Below, piece after piece: positions 28,475 through 36,589 of a stretch of DNA of 50,497 nt. The translations under genes and the position numbers were made by a program. Every line of letters begins with the position of its first letter. Position 1 is the first letter of the stretch. The notes beneath the pieces were generated by a model. That model worked only from the letters and a program-made list of their open reading frames with translations, did no database searches and was not told the DNA's origin. Source of the DNA: Euryarchaeota archaeon UBA220 (lineage in GTDB: Archaea > Thermoplasmatota > Poseidoniia > Poseidoniales > Thalassarchaeaceae); contig DAON01000077.1 in assembly GCA_002501885.1 (NCBI GenBank), forward strand, positions 1 to 50,497, given 5' to 3'.

Positions 28475-28488
28475 CTGTTTGCAAACAG
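28475..28488. promoter_or_regulatory. 14-bp perfect palindrome CTGTTTGCAAACAG upstream of hmgA
   Basis: Read directly. It lies 35-48 nt upstream of the hmgA ATG, followed at 28452-28468 by the GC hairpin GCCCC-N7-GGGGC. Confidence 0.45.
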
Positions 28489-28539
28489 GTGACTTAGTGA
28501 CGAAGTTCGGACTATATCCTACTTGATTAGGGGTAAATT

Positions 28540-28602
28540 AAGCGTTAATTTGGGTATTAACGCATCATTAACGCATCAATAAAGCGTTAACAAAGCGTTA
28601 AC
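28540..28602. repeat. Array of five GCGTTAA/TTAACGC elements including two perfect 11-bp tandem duplications
   Basis: AAGCGTTAA at 28540-28548. TTAACGCATCA x2 at 28557-28567 and 28568-28578. AAAGCGTTAAC x2 at 28581-28591 and 28592-28602. The two tandem pairs are in mutually inverted orientation. Confidence 0.85.
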
Positions 28603-28675
28603 TAATGAAAAACCATTTCGTTACACTGTAAGGAAATGGATGAATAAAGACACCTCGGAATATGTGAAATACCCG

Positions 28676-28681
28676 TTAAAT
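28676..28681 (+). promoter_or_regulatory. Candidate TATA box (TTAAAT) of the AAA+ gene
   Basis: GTTAAATCA lies 39-44 nt upstream of the ATG at 28720 with the purine-rich GAAATA upstream. It resembles the boxes upstream of rpl10e and the protease gene. Confidence 0.3.
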
Positions 28682-28719
28682 CACCTTGTGAAAAGCGTCA
28701 GAATGCGTGAACATTAAGA

Positions 28720-30531
28720 ATGATTGAAGCCGCTGCTAAGGTAATGATTTCAGAGGCGGTATCGATGCTTGATTTGCCTCCTTTGAGAGGTAACCCCTTC
28801 GACCATCGTCCGATTGAACCTTCTAGGGCCCAGGATCTAGTTGGCCGAGATTCGTTGATGATCAGACTACGCGAGTACATTATCTCAGAATCTCCTAGGA
28901 ACATTTTGTTAGTAGGCGAGTCAGGAAGTGGGAGGACTTCAATGGTGAATGCACTTTCTTCTCAAGTTAGAAACAAGTTCGTAAGTCAATTCTGGCCCGA
29001 AACGGATCCAGTAAACTCGATTCTAAACGAACTTTCAGTACATTTCGCGGGTTACGAGACTCCTAGGACCACATCTCGAATGTGTGAAACATTAGTTGAG
29101 ATTCTAGACAAAGAGACAGGACCATTACCTCTAATTGCTCTAGATTATCCTACCTCGACTCCTCTGAATGAGTTATTGACAAGAATCACTCCACTATTAC
29201 AGAGACTTAGGGCACTAGTAATCGTTACAGCTACTCCTTTGCAACTAAAATCACTTGATGAGTCTGTTGCTGAAGCGTATGACATCGAACAACTTGATGA
29301 TTTCTCTAAGCAGGATGTACAGAAACTAGCGGACAACCTAATCCGCAGAAAGGCCCGCGAGAGGTGGATAATCAACACCCAACTTATGGGTGCAATGATG
29401 GAACGCACAGGGGGGCACCCACGCGATGTTGTGAAACTGTGTAGGGACTTGCTGGACGAGCGTAGAGGAAATGGTTCTGAGGGCACATTAGAGAGATTAA
29501 TGTCATGGAGTGGCGGGATAGATGATGTCCCAGAAGTGTCGTTTGAGATCGAAAATGAACCAGAAGAGTCAGTCCAAGTTTCTGAAATCGCTGAGATTGA
29601 TAAATTCCGCGAAGAAGACAGAGAATTTGTAGAAGACTCCGATGAATGGGATGTCGAACCAGACGATATGTGGGAAGACGAAATCGAGCCCGAAAATGAA
29701 CCCGTTTGGGATGAGACAATTCCTGAAATTGAGGAAGTTCGACCAGAACAGGAGCCTCCAGAACCATCCAACCCACCTGAAGAAGGCCAAGGGACCTTAG
29801 ATTCCTATGTCGAAATCATAGATGCTACTGAAGAACAGTCACGAACTCCAGTTACAGGAGCTTTCGGAGGATTGCTAAACCGCACTGTGATTACTGGTGA
29901 CGAGATGCCAAAAGAGCCCGACGGAAAGCCTGTAACTGTTGCTAATCCTGAACCAAAACCTTTCGTCCCGTCGACTAGCACAACCGTCGTTCAAGACCAG
30001 AATCCATCGTTCCAATCTCAAGCTATTCCAGATACTTCGATTACTCCTGCCGAGGAAGTATCTGTGATGTCTGATGAAGGATCTCTTTGGACTGCAGACC
30101 CAAGCCTAGGGACAGTACCAGAGGTCCCCGAACAAACAGTACCAGAGAAAACCCTATTTGATCTGGATCAAACACCCGAATTCGTTGAAAACGAGCCCGA
30201 ACCAGAGATGCCAATCGTCCCTCTAGCTCCTCCTGTAGTCTCTCAAACTCATGTCCAATTTGGACCTACTTGGGAACCAGATGAACCATTCGACAGATCT
30301 AGATTTACATATATCTCAGATAATGAGAGGACAATACTGGAGGCGGCATCTGGAAGAGAGGTTTCACCTTCCGATGCTGAATTACAAGCCGTTTTGGAAG
30401 TTGGAAGGACTAGACTTTCTCAGATATTCAATGGACTTCGCAGAGCGGGACTACTTTCTGTCAGAAAGCAAGGTAGAACCAGACTCTTCAAACTCAGCGA
30501 TATTGCCTCTGCCGAACTCGGTATGAATTAG
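28720..30531 (+). CDS. AAA+ ATPase (Orc1/Cdc6-like or archaeal ATPase_2-like) with ~250-aa acidic/proline-rich linker and C-terminal winged helix
   Basis: NPF..RPIEP....LVGRD lead-in, Walker A LLVGESGSGRTS, Walker B-like PLIALDY, sensor-like VIVTAT and GGHPRDVVKLCRDLL. A low-complexity D/E/P-rich region spans roughly aa 265-520. The C-terminal wHTH-like segment is TRLSQIFNGLRRAGLLSVRKQGRTRLFKLS. Confidence 0.55.
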   Translation: MIEAAAKVMISEAVSMLDLPPLRGNPFDHRPIEPSRAQDLVGRDSLMIRLREYIISESPRNILLVGESGSGRTSMVNALSSQVRNKFVSQFWPETDPVNSILNELSVHFAGYETPRTTSRMCETLVEILDKETGPLPLIALDYPTSTPLNELLTRITPLLQRLRALVIVTATPLQLKSLDESVAEAYDIEQLDDFSKQDVQKLADNLIRRKARERWIINTQLMGAMMERTGGHPRDVVKLCRDLLDERRGNGSEGTLERLMSWSGGIDDVPEVSFEIENEPEESVQVSEIAEIDKFREEDREFVEDSDEWDVEPDDMWEDEIEPENEPVWDETIPEIEEVRPEQEPPEPSNPPEEGQGTLDSYVEIIDATEEQSRTPVTGAFGGLLNRTVITGDEMPKEPDGKPVTVANPEPKPFVPSTSTTVVQDQNPSFQSQAIPDTSITPAEEVSVMSDEGSLWTADPSLGTVPEVPEQTVPEKTLFDLDQTPEFVENEPEPEMPIVPLAPPVVSQTHVQFGPTWEPDEPFDRSRFTYISDNERTILEAASGREVSPSDAELQAVLEVGRTRLSQIFNGLRRAGLLSVRKQGRTRLFKLSDIASAELGMN

Positions 30532-30538
30532 GTGACTC

Positions 30539-30829
30539 ATGTCGAATAACATTGTCTCAATCGAACTCGTAGAGAAGTACCTAGCTCTGACCGAGGAAGC
30601 CAGATCCAAGGCAACTCCTATTGCAAACGGAGAATCCGAACAAGAGAGGCTTACATCAATGCTCAGAATGTGCGATGATTATGCATCTGATGCTAGGCAC
30701 TTCATGCAGGAAGGAGACCTAGTGCGGGCCTTCGGGGCAATAAATTACTCACACGCTTGGCTAGACGCAGCCGTTAGAATCGGCTTACTGGATGGCCACG
30801 GCGATGATAGATTATTCACACTACCTTAG
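30539..30829 (+). CDS. DUF357-family small helical protein
   Basis: 96 aa; YASDARHFMQEGDLVRAFGAINYSHAWLDAAVRIGL fits the DUF357 pattern (GD...A....Y..GWLDA). AGGTGA lies just upstream of the ATG, and only 7 nt separate it from the AAA+ gene stop. Confidence 0.55.
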   Translation: MSNNIVSIELVEKYLALTEEARSKATPIANGESEQERLTSMLRMCDDYASDARHFMQEGDLVRAFGAINYSHAWLDAAVRIGLLDGHGDDRLFTLP

Positions 30830-31194
30830 GATTGGACCAGCCTTAGATAACGCCCCGAGGCGACCTCGATGTATGATCCTCCTTCCTCAATCAGTCTTCG
30901 CTTTAGATTAGTATCAACTGTTAACACAGGCCATCCATTTTTCGAGGATAGTATGGTCAGCATCTCATCAGGATGCCTTACTCCTTCTAAGTCATGGATA
31001 ACTTCACAGCGCTTCCTTAGTAATTCTAAAAGAAGGCCTTTCTGCTTAGCAGATAATACTCCAAGCTCCCGATCTACGGATTCAAGTAATTTCAGTTCTG
31101 CAGTGCCGACTACTTCCTTCATACTAGAATCCAAGTTTAGTCGAGCTTCAGTTAGAGCAACCCAGCCACAAGCGTCTACCAAGACGCCAACCAT
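30826..31194 (-). CDS. PIN-domain-like protein
   Basis: 122 aa with acidic residues spaced as in a PIN domain (VLVDACGW ... LLESVDRE ... LTVDTNLKRRL). It lies directly downstream of aIF2-gamma, a position where a PIN gene is found in many archaea. Confidence 0.5.
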   Translation of the reverse strand: MVGVLVDACGWVALTEARLNLDSSMKEVVGTAELKLLESVDRELGVLSAKQKGLLLELLRKRCEVIHDLEGVRHPDEMLTILSSKNGWPVLTVDTNLKRRLIEEGGSYIEVASGRYLRLVQS

Positions 31195-31198
31195 TGAA

Positions 31199-32446
31199 TC
31201 ACCCGGCGATTGAGCCGTGACCGATTAACCGCCACCTGGAACCAACTCTTCTCGATAATGTGACCCTACTCCCGGATTTTGCGCATATCGGTAGGCGTAA
31301 TTGTATGGTCGCAGAACCTCCTTTAGTCGAAGAAACAGTGCCCACACTAGTTGCTGTAGCGGAGTTAATCATTAACATCTCATTAGTCTGTAGTGGCTTT
31401 ATCGAACCAGCATCTCCTTCTCCAGATGAGACCATCTTCTCTAGCAATTCGAGTTTTAGGTTCAATTCTTCCCAAATTGGAGGTAATTCTCCTTCTCTTG
31501 CCATAACCTGGCCCGACAGCTCATCTGCCTTGGTCGACATCGGATCCATCGGAGTGGCGATTCCGCACAGGCCACCTGCGTGAACTGAATCTAGATTCAA
31601 ACCTCCTCCTTTCAGACTCTCAATCTTTGTCGGGATTGGTTTCCATGTTGTCTGCCCTCCTGATTGGATTCGCCTCCCGGGGGCAATCAGAATAGAATCT
31701 CCAACATTGAATGAACCCTCGACAATGCTCCCTCCGATAATCCCACCTGACAATCCATCGGGCCTAGTCCCTGGACGATTGACATCGAATGAACGTGCTA
31801 CATACATCAGGCCAGATTCATCCTCAGTCCTATCTGGAGTTGGGATCACATCTTCGATTGTCTGAATCAGAACATCAAGGTTGACATCGTGATGTGCCGA
31901 GACCGGAATAATTGGTGCAGATTCGGCAATCGTACCTTCTAGAAAACTCTTGATTTCAGAATATGACTCCTGAGCCCTCTCTCTAGAAACAATGTCTATT
32001 TTGTTCTGAACTACTACTATGTTGTCAATGCCTGCAATCTGTAGTGCTGCCAAATGCTCTCTGGTCTGTGGCTGGGGGCACTTCTCTGTAGCTGAGATTA
32101 GGAGCATCGCTCCATCCATTATCGATGCCCCAGAAATCATGACCGCCATGAGCGTCTCGTGCCCGGGAGCATCGACAAAAGATACCACTCGGAGCAATTC
32201 ATCATCCGAATCATCAGATCCATCAGGGTGTTTTCCTCTGACATAGTATCTATCGTCTGTAGTCTTGTAGAATGCTGTGTCAGCATAGCCCAACTTGATG
32301 CTGATGCCACGCTTCCTCTCCTCTGAGTGAGTGTCAGTCCATACGCCGGATAGGGCTTGAGTCAGAGTCGTCTTACCGTGGTCTACATGACCGACCATTC
32401 CGATGTTGACTTCTGGCTGCTTAGGAAGACTACCCAGATTAATCAC
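31199..32446 (-). CDS. eif2g: Translation initiation factor aIF2 gamma subunit
   Basis: NIGMVGHVDHGKTTL, FVDAPGH and VQNKID GTPase motifs; 415 aa. GTG start as given in the ORF track. Confidence 0.95.
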   Translation of the reverse strand: MINLGSLPKQPEVNIGMVGHVDHGKTTLTQALSGVWTDTHSEERKRGISIKLGYADTAFYKTTDDRYYVRGKHPDGSDDSDDELLRVVSFVDAPGHETLMAVMISGASIMDGAMLLISATEKCPQPQTREHLAALQIAGIDNIVVVQNKIDIVSRERAQESYSEIKSFLEGTIAESAPIIPVSAHHDVNLDVLIQTIEDVIPTPDRTEDESGLMYVARSFDVNRPGTRPDGLSGGIIGGSIVEGSFNVGDSILIAPGRRIQSGGQTTWKPIPTKIESLKGGGLNLDSVHAGGLCGIATPMDPMSTKADELSGQVMAREGELPPIWEELNLKLELLEKMVSSGEGDAGSIKPLQTNEMLMINSATATSVGTVSSTKGGSATIQLRLPICAKSGSRVTLSRRVGSRWRLIGHGSIAG

Positions 32447-32455
32447 CCCGTCGAA

Positions 32456-32953
32456 TCACTCCTCTTCTCCTGAGGATTTCTCGACGGCTTCTGTCTCCTC
32501 GACGAGGCCGAATATGGCGTCGAGAGAGCGGTTTCCGGATTCGACAATCTTGAGATTAATCTGGCGAGTATCCTGGCTGATTACATTGCCTCGGAGTCTA
32601 CGGCGCTTTCTCAATCCGTCGTACTTGTATCGGTAGACTCTCCCCTTCTTCTTGACATACTTCTTACCCTTGTAGCCAGTTCCTGCAGTGGTCAGAACAG
32701 ATTTGATCGCACTACCATCTAACTCTGGCCTCATTGGCCTTCCAGTGAGGTCGGACCCGCCAGTAATCTCTAGTTTGTATCCGTTGAGGGCTTTATCGCC
32801 TTCTCCAACAAACATCCCATCCACTGAATCTCCTATCTTCTTGCCTAGGAAGTGGTTGTAGTTTGAGCCAGTGATATCCATGCTGAAAGCCCTTCCTTCG
32901 GACGAAGGAGCGGTATCATTCACGACCGCTTTGAAGACTTGCTCTGCTGCCAC
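32456..32953 (-). CDS. rps6e: 30S ribosomal protein S6e
   Basis: ITGGSDLTGRPMRPELDG and KRRRLRGN, typical of eS6. GTG start preceded by AGGTGG. Confidence 0.88.
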   Translation of the reverse strand: MAAEQVFKAVVNDTAPSSEGRAFSMDITGSNYNHFLGKKIGDSVDGMFVGEGDKALNGYKLEITGGSDLTGRPMRPELDGSAIKSVLTTAGTGYKGKKYVKKKGRVYRYKYDGLRKRRRLRGNVISQDTRQINLKIVESGNRSLDAIFGLVEETEAVEKSSGEEE

Positions 32954-32990
32954 ACGACCACCTCTGAACGGCCTCCCGACTAAAGGCCCC

Positions 32991-32996
32991 TATAAG
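32991..32996 (-). promoter_or_regulatory. Candidate TATA box upstream of rps6e
   Basis: CTTATA on the minus strand, 38-43 nt upstream of the rps6e start. Assigned by position only. Confidence 0.25.
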
Positions 32997-33028
32997 AGCG
33001 GTTCGGAAGCCCCGTAGTCGCTTGAAAA

Positions 33029-34201
33029 TTACAAGAAATCCTTCTCAATACGATTCTCAAGCAAAGCAGGCTGTGTATTGGTCATAGTGATGTGCTGAGT
33101 TCGGCCCCTGCCAACTGATGAATTGGCAGTACGCGATTCAATAAGGCCAATTCTCTCTAGGGTCTTGAGATGCTTCCAGAAGGTGGTGTAACTACGCGGC
33201 TTTATTGAGAACTCCTCGCAGACTAGGTTGTACAATTTCTGAGCATCTCCACTCGATACCGTATCGACCTTCTTCAATCGTCTACATATTCCGAGCAGGA
33301 CCAACTTCTGATGATCTCCCAACTCGTCAACCTGACTAGGCTCGACAGATGCTGCCCGTAGTGTACTGGGGCGAACATCCTCGGCTAGAACATCGCCCCT
33401 ACCATCTTTCTCGACACGAATAATCGCCGCTTCAAGCAATTCGATAGCGAGTCGAGCATCACCAGACTCAGCCGCAAATCTACCTATCTTGCCGAGGGCA
33501 TCGTCATCTACTGAACCCGGCCTGCAAGCCTCCTCGTATCGCTGCTTGGCTATTTCAACCAAAGCTTCCTCTCCGTATCCGCCCAGAGTTAGCATGTTAC
33601 TCTCTCCTAAGCGCGAGATAATTGCAGGTTCAAACAATTTGATTAGAGAAGTATCTTGACTCACCAGAATCATAGATACAGAACCTTGACGATTCTGTCC
33701 CTCATCTATTCTCAATAGTTTGTAGATTAGATCTCCCTTGTCGTTCCTAATCAGAACATCGACTTCGTCGAGTACTAACAACAAATGTGCTTCTTGAGTT
33801 CCGAGATTGCGTCTGATTGACTGGATAACCTCACTTGAGCTGAGCCCCCTCTCGGGATGGCCAGAATCAAGAGATCTCGCAACCTCTTGCAGAACCTGCG
33901 ATGCGGTTGAGTGATTGCGGCAATTTACATGGGCAAGCATTAGTTTTCTACGCCCGTCTAGTGCACGTTGTAAATCCTCACCAAAGCGACGAGTCATCAC
34001 TGTCTTGCCGGAACCAACTGGGCCCGTAATCACCGCTCTCCCACTCACTCCTTGATGCTCAATCCCGACAAACATCGAGGCCAATCCTCGTAGTTCTTCG
34101 TCACGCCCCACTAGTGCAGGAGGAGTCCAGTCGAAGGAGAAAGGAGCTCTATCCAATAGGACCTTGCCCGCTCCAATTCTATCGAGGTAGTCGGCCATCA
34201 T
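33029..34201 (-). CDS. cdc6: Orc1/Cdc6 replication initiator
   Basis: LVGRDEEL, Walker A ITGPVGSGKTV, Walker B LLLVLDEVD, sensor 2 ESGDARLAIELLEAA and a C-terminal winged helix (LKTLERIGLIESR..GRGRT). The start is uncertain. The ORF track opens with a GTG at 34276, only 3 nt after the dph2 stop. I chose the ATG at 34201 (MMADYLDR) because it gives the usual ~30 aa before the GRDEEL motif. Confidence 0.9.
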   Translation of the reverse strand: MMADYLDRIGAGKVLLDRAPFSFDWTPPALVGRDEELRGLASMFVGIEHQGVSGRAVITGPVGSGKTVMTRRFGEDLQRALDGRRKLMLAHVNCRNHSTASQVLQEVARSLDSGHPERGLSSSEVIQSIRRNLGTQEAHLLLVLDEVDVLIRNDKGDLIYKLLRIDEGQNRQGSVSMILVSQDTSLIKLFEPAIISRLGESNMLTLGGYGEEALVEIAKQRYEEACRPGSVDDDALGKIGRFAAESGDARLAIELLEAAIIRVEKDGRGDVLAEDVRPSTLRAASVEPSQVDELGDHQKLVLLGICRRLKKVDTVSSGDAQKLYNLVCEEFSIKPRSYTTFWKHLKTLERIGLIESRTANSSVGRGRTQHITMTNTQPALLENRIEKDFL

Positions 34202-34279
34202 GTGACTCGTGCTCACATCGCTATTAGACATATTTGCAATAGAAAGCGCACACATGTGCGTCTTTGGCCTACGCACGAT

Positions 34280-35389
34280 TCAGGGTATCTCGTCGAACTG
34301 GTAACCTGTTTCCCACTTCTTCTCACCGAGAGCTACTTCAAGTTCGTATGGAGTAATCAGCGGTTTCGAATATCTTACCGAGTCATCGATTGCAATCCTA
34401 GGGCAGGCAGTGTTCACATATGCATCTACAGGGTAGAAATCAATAAGATCAGGGCTGATATGATCGAGCGCGAGAAGATACCCTTTGCGCCCATGTTTCT
34501 CCAATAGGCGCTTCATTCGAATTGCTAGATTACGACGCATCTGCCCCGGCTTTTCTCCAATTAGTATGCCGAATGAGTTTGCTTCATCGACTGAATTAAT
34601 CAGCCCGAAACGTTGCCTCAGTATCCTCTCAACTCTCTCGAGTGACATCTCAGTTGCTCCTCCTGTGTAAGGATCCAACATAGCTAGAGGCTTACCAGTA
34701 TGCAATACAAGTCCGATAGGATGGAAGTCTCCTGAACCTAGGAATAGATAGTGGCCAATTGAAGGATCGTCTCCCGAGTAGTTGCACCCAAGAACTTGGC
34801 CGGGAAAAGTCAACCTATCTCCTCCAACTGGTATCTCGACTTCGAAACCAAATTTCTCCAATCTGCCCTTGAACTCCTCAAGAAGATGCAGATGTTGGAT
34901 GGAGCCAACTAGTCCCAGCTTGACCCCAGTCAGAGGAGCCACACGACCTACAGCGTCCAGAAATTTCTCCTGAGCAGATTCCTCGTCCATTTCGACTTGT
35001 TCGTCAACTGCCTCAAGGCGAGATTGTGCAATTGCTCGATGCCCCTCGAGGATAGAAAGTACTGGGGCCAGTTCGGGGTCGCCGTCATATGTGACCGGGA
35101 TAAAATGAGTTGGCATACCAGAGTCTATGTTCATCTGACTATGTCCCATGTGCGCGACCAATTCGACCCCCATCATCCGCATCTTGTCATGCACCAAATC
35201 ACATGCCCCATAGCACGGATCGGCGGCAAGGATAACTCTCGCACCAGATTCATCTTCGATTGAATCCATCATCTCAAGAGCCTGCATTTTCAGTCCCTCC
35301 GGGACTTGCAGAGCTACCAATCGATTGTCGTTGGCCTTGATTCTCTCCACCAGTTCGTCCAACTCGAAGTCATGACGGTCCAAATCCAT
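34280..35389 (-). CDS. dph2: Diphthamide biosynthesis protein Dph2 (2-(3-amino-3-carboxypropyl)histidine synthase)
   Basis: RLVALQVPEGL and LAADPCYGACDL motifs. The ATG at 35389 (MDLDRHDFELDELVERI) avoids a 26-nt overlap with hpt; the alternative ATG is at 35419. Confidence 0.85.
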   Translation of the reverse strand: MDLDRHDFELDELVERIKANDNRLVALQVPEGLKMQALEMMDSIEDESGARVILAADPCYGACDLVHDKMRMMGVELVAHMGHSQMNIDSGMPTHFIPVTYDGDPELAPVLSILEGHRAIAQSRLEAVDEQVEMDEESAQEKFLDAVGRVAPLTGVKLGLVGSIQHLHLLEEFKGRLEKFGFEVEIPVGGDRLTFPGQVLGCNYSGDDPSIGHYLFLGSGDFHPIGLVLHTGKPLAMLDPYTGGATEMSLERVERILRQRFGLINSVDEANSFGILIGEKPGQMRRNLAIRMKRLLEKHGRKGYLLALDHISPDLIDFYPVDAYVNTACPRIAIDDSVRYSKPLITPYELEVALGEKKWETGYQFDEIP

Positions 35390-35393
35390 ACAA

Positions 35394-35972
35394 TCACTCG
35401 AGAATTTCGACCTTGCCATCGATGATATCGATACGCGCTAGAGTCCTTATTGGCCAACCCGGTCGCTCCTTAGCCAATCTTTCACGCCCCTCTCCTTTCT
35501 CAATCGCGATGACTATGTCTTGTAGAATGACCCCCATTTCCTCAAGAGTAGCCAGTATCGGCTCAAGAGTGCCGCCCGTCGATATTACATCATCAACAAT
35601 CAGAATTCTCTCACCTTGAGAGATGTCATTGATGTATGTAGTAGACTGAGAGTAACCAGTTGACACATTGACTCTAACTTCGCCCTCCATCCCGTATTCT
35701 CGCTTTCGTATCACTACCGTCGGCTTTCCGGTGGCTTCTCCAACAGCGGCTAGCAATGGCAACCCCATCGCCTCAACACTGACTACCAAATCAATCTTCG
35801 ACCAGTCCACCATCTCCACAATTAGGTCTCTCGTAGCGCGTAGAACATCGGCATCCATGCGCGGAATTCCATCTGAAATTGGATGGATGAAGTAGGGATA
35901 ATCTCCCTTCCAGATTATCGGCGAGCCTCGCAGCGAGTCTTGCAGAATAGAAAGAGGGTCAGAGGGCGGCAT
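35394..35972 (-). CDS. hpt: Archaeal hypoxanthine/guanine (purine) phosphoribosyltransferase
   Basis: PRPP loop ILIVDDVISTGGTL and EAMGLPLLAAV; 192 aa, typical of the archaeal Hpt family. Confidence 0.85.
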   Translation of the reverse strand: MPPSDPLSILQDSLRGSPIIWKGDYPYFIHPISDGIPRMDADVLRATRDLIVEMVDWSKIDLVVSVEAMGLPLLAAVGEATGKPTVVIRKREYGMEGEVRVNVSTGYSQSTTYINDISQGERILIVDDVISTGGTLEPILATLEEMGVILQDIVIAIEKGEGRERLAKERPGWPIRTLARIDIIDGKVEILE

Positions 35973-35984
35973 GGCCCGGCAACC

Positions 35985-36524
35985 TCACACTAGGCCCTTC
36001 AAATGCTCGGAGCCCTTTGCTACCCTGATGGTGCAAGGAGTCGGAAATTTGCAACTAGCCTTTCTGAGAGCATCCCTAGCTGTGAGATAGTGCTCTGGAG
36101 ATGTATAGATTGAGACAACCGTTTGATCTCGTTGCACTCTAGCGGCAGTGCCTACATTCTTCCCAAAGGACTGTCTCATTCCCATCGAAACACGGTCGGC
36201 GCCAGCTCCAGTAGCTTGCTTGTTCTCTCTTAGAATCTGATGAGGGTATGTGTGCATTCGAAGAGCATAGCCTTGATCTCCAGCAAGTTTCCTGATAGTG
36301 GCGTTAGCTACCTGCCTGGCCGACTCAAGAGCCGAGTCACGAATCTGACATGGATTGTTTGCAGTCAGCTCGACTACAACTTCAAATTGGCCTGCCTCAG
36401 CACCCTTTCTGTTACCCATGAAGTAGCGCAGAATACGGTTGTTTGGGACGCCGCCAGTGTATTCTCTACGAGTGTACGCCTGACCCTTGATTTGGCGATA
36501 CATCTTGGCTGGTTTGCGTGCCAT
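35985..36524 (-). CDS. rpl10e: 50S ribosomal protein L10e (uL16)
   Basis: The MARKPAKMYRQIKGQAYTRREYTGGVP N-terminus is characteristic. The ATG at 36524 was chosen over the upstream ORF-track start. Confidence 0.9.
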   Translation of the reverse strand: MARKPAKMYRQIKGQAYTRREYTGGVPNNRILRYFMGNRKGAEAGQFEVVVELTANNPCQIRDSALESARQVANATIRKLAGDQGYALRMHTYPHQILRENKQATGAGADRVSMGMRQSFGKNVGTAARVQRDQTVVSIYTSPEHYLTARDALRKASCKFPTPCTIRVAKGSEHLKGLV

Positions 36525-36558
36525 ACGGATACCTACTTCGCGGCCCACCGACCTTCTC

Positions 36559-36565
36559 TATTTAA
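36559..36565 (-). promoter_or_regulatory. Candidate TATA box (TTAAATA) of rpl10e
   Basis: GGTTAAATAGAG on the minus strand, 35-41 nt upstream of the rpl10e ATG. Confidence 0.35.
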
Positions 36566-36589
36566 CCATAAGGCAAGCCAGAATGAGTA

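Noticed and set aside
28540-28602. Repeat array considered as a CRISPR array.
   Set aside because: The units are 11 bp, directly abutting with no spacers, and occur in both orientations. No cas genes are in the window.
29145-29771. 208-aa and 130-aa ORFs antisense to the AAA+ gene linker. Similar long antisense ORFs occur at 16108-16590, 36810-37316, 14523-14921, 24219-24632, 19876-20313, 8792-9184 and 9354-9722.
   Set aside because: All lie entirely inside strongly supported genes on the opposite strand. Their products have Ser/Leu/Arg-rich or low-complexity composition typical of shadow ORFs, and they lack ribosome-binding sites.
32954-34279. Replication origin expected next to the orc1/cdc6 gene.
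   Set aside because: The flanking spacers are only ~75 bp and a few bp. They contain no AT-rich unwinding region or repeated ORB-like elements, only a promoter-like box for rps6e. Any origin must lie elsewhere.
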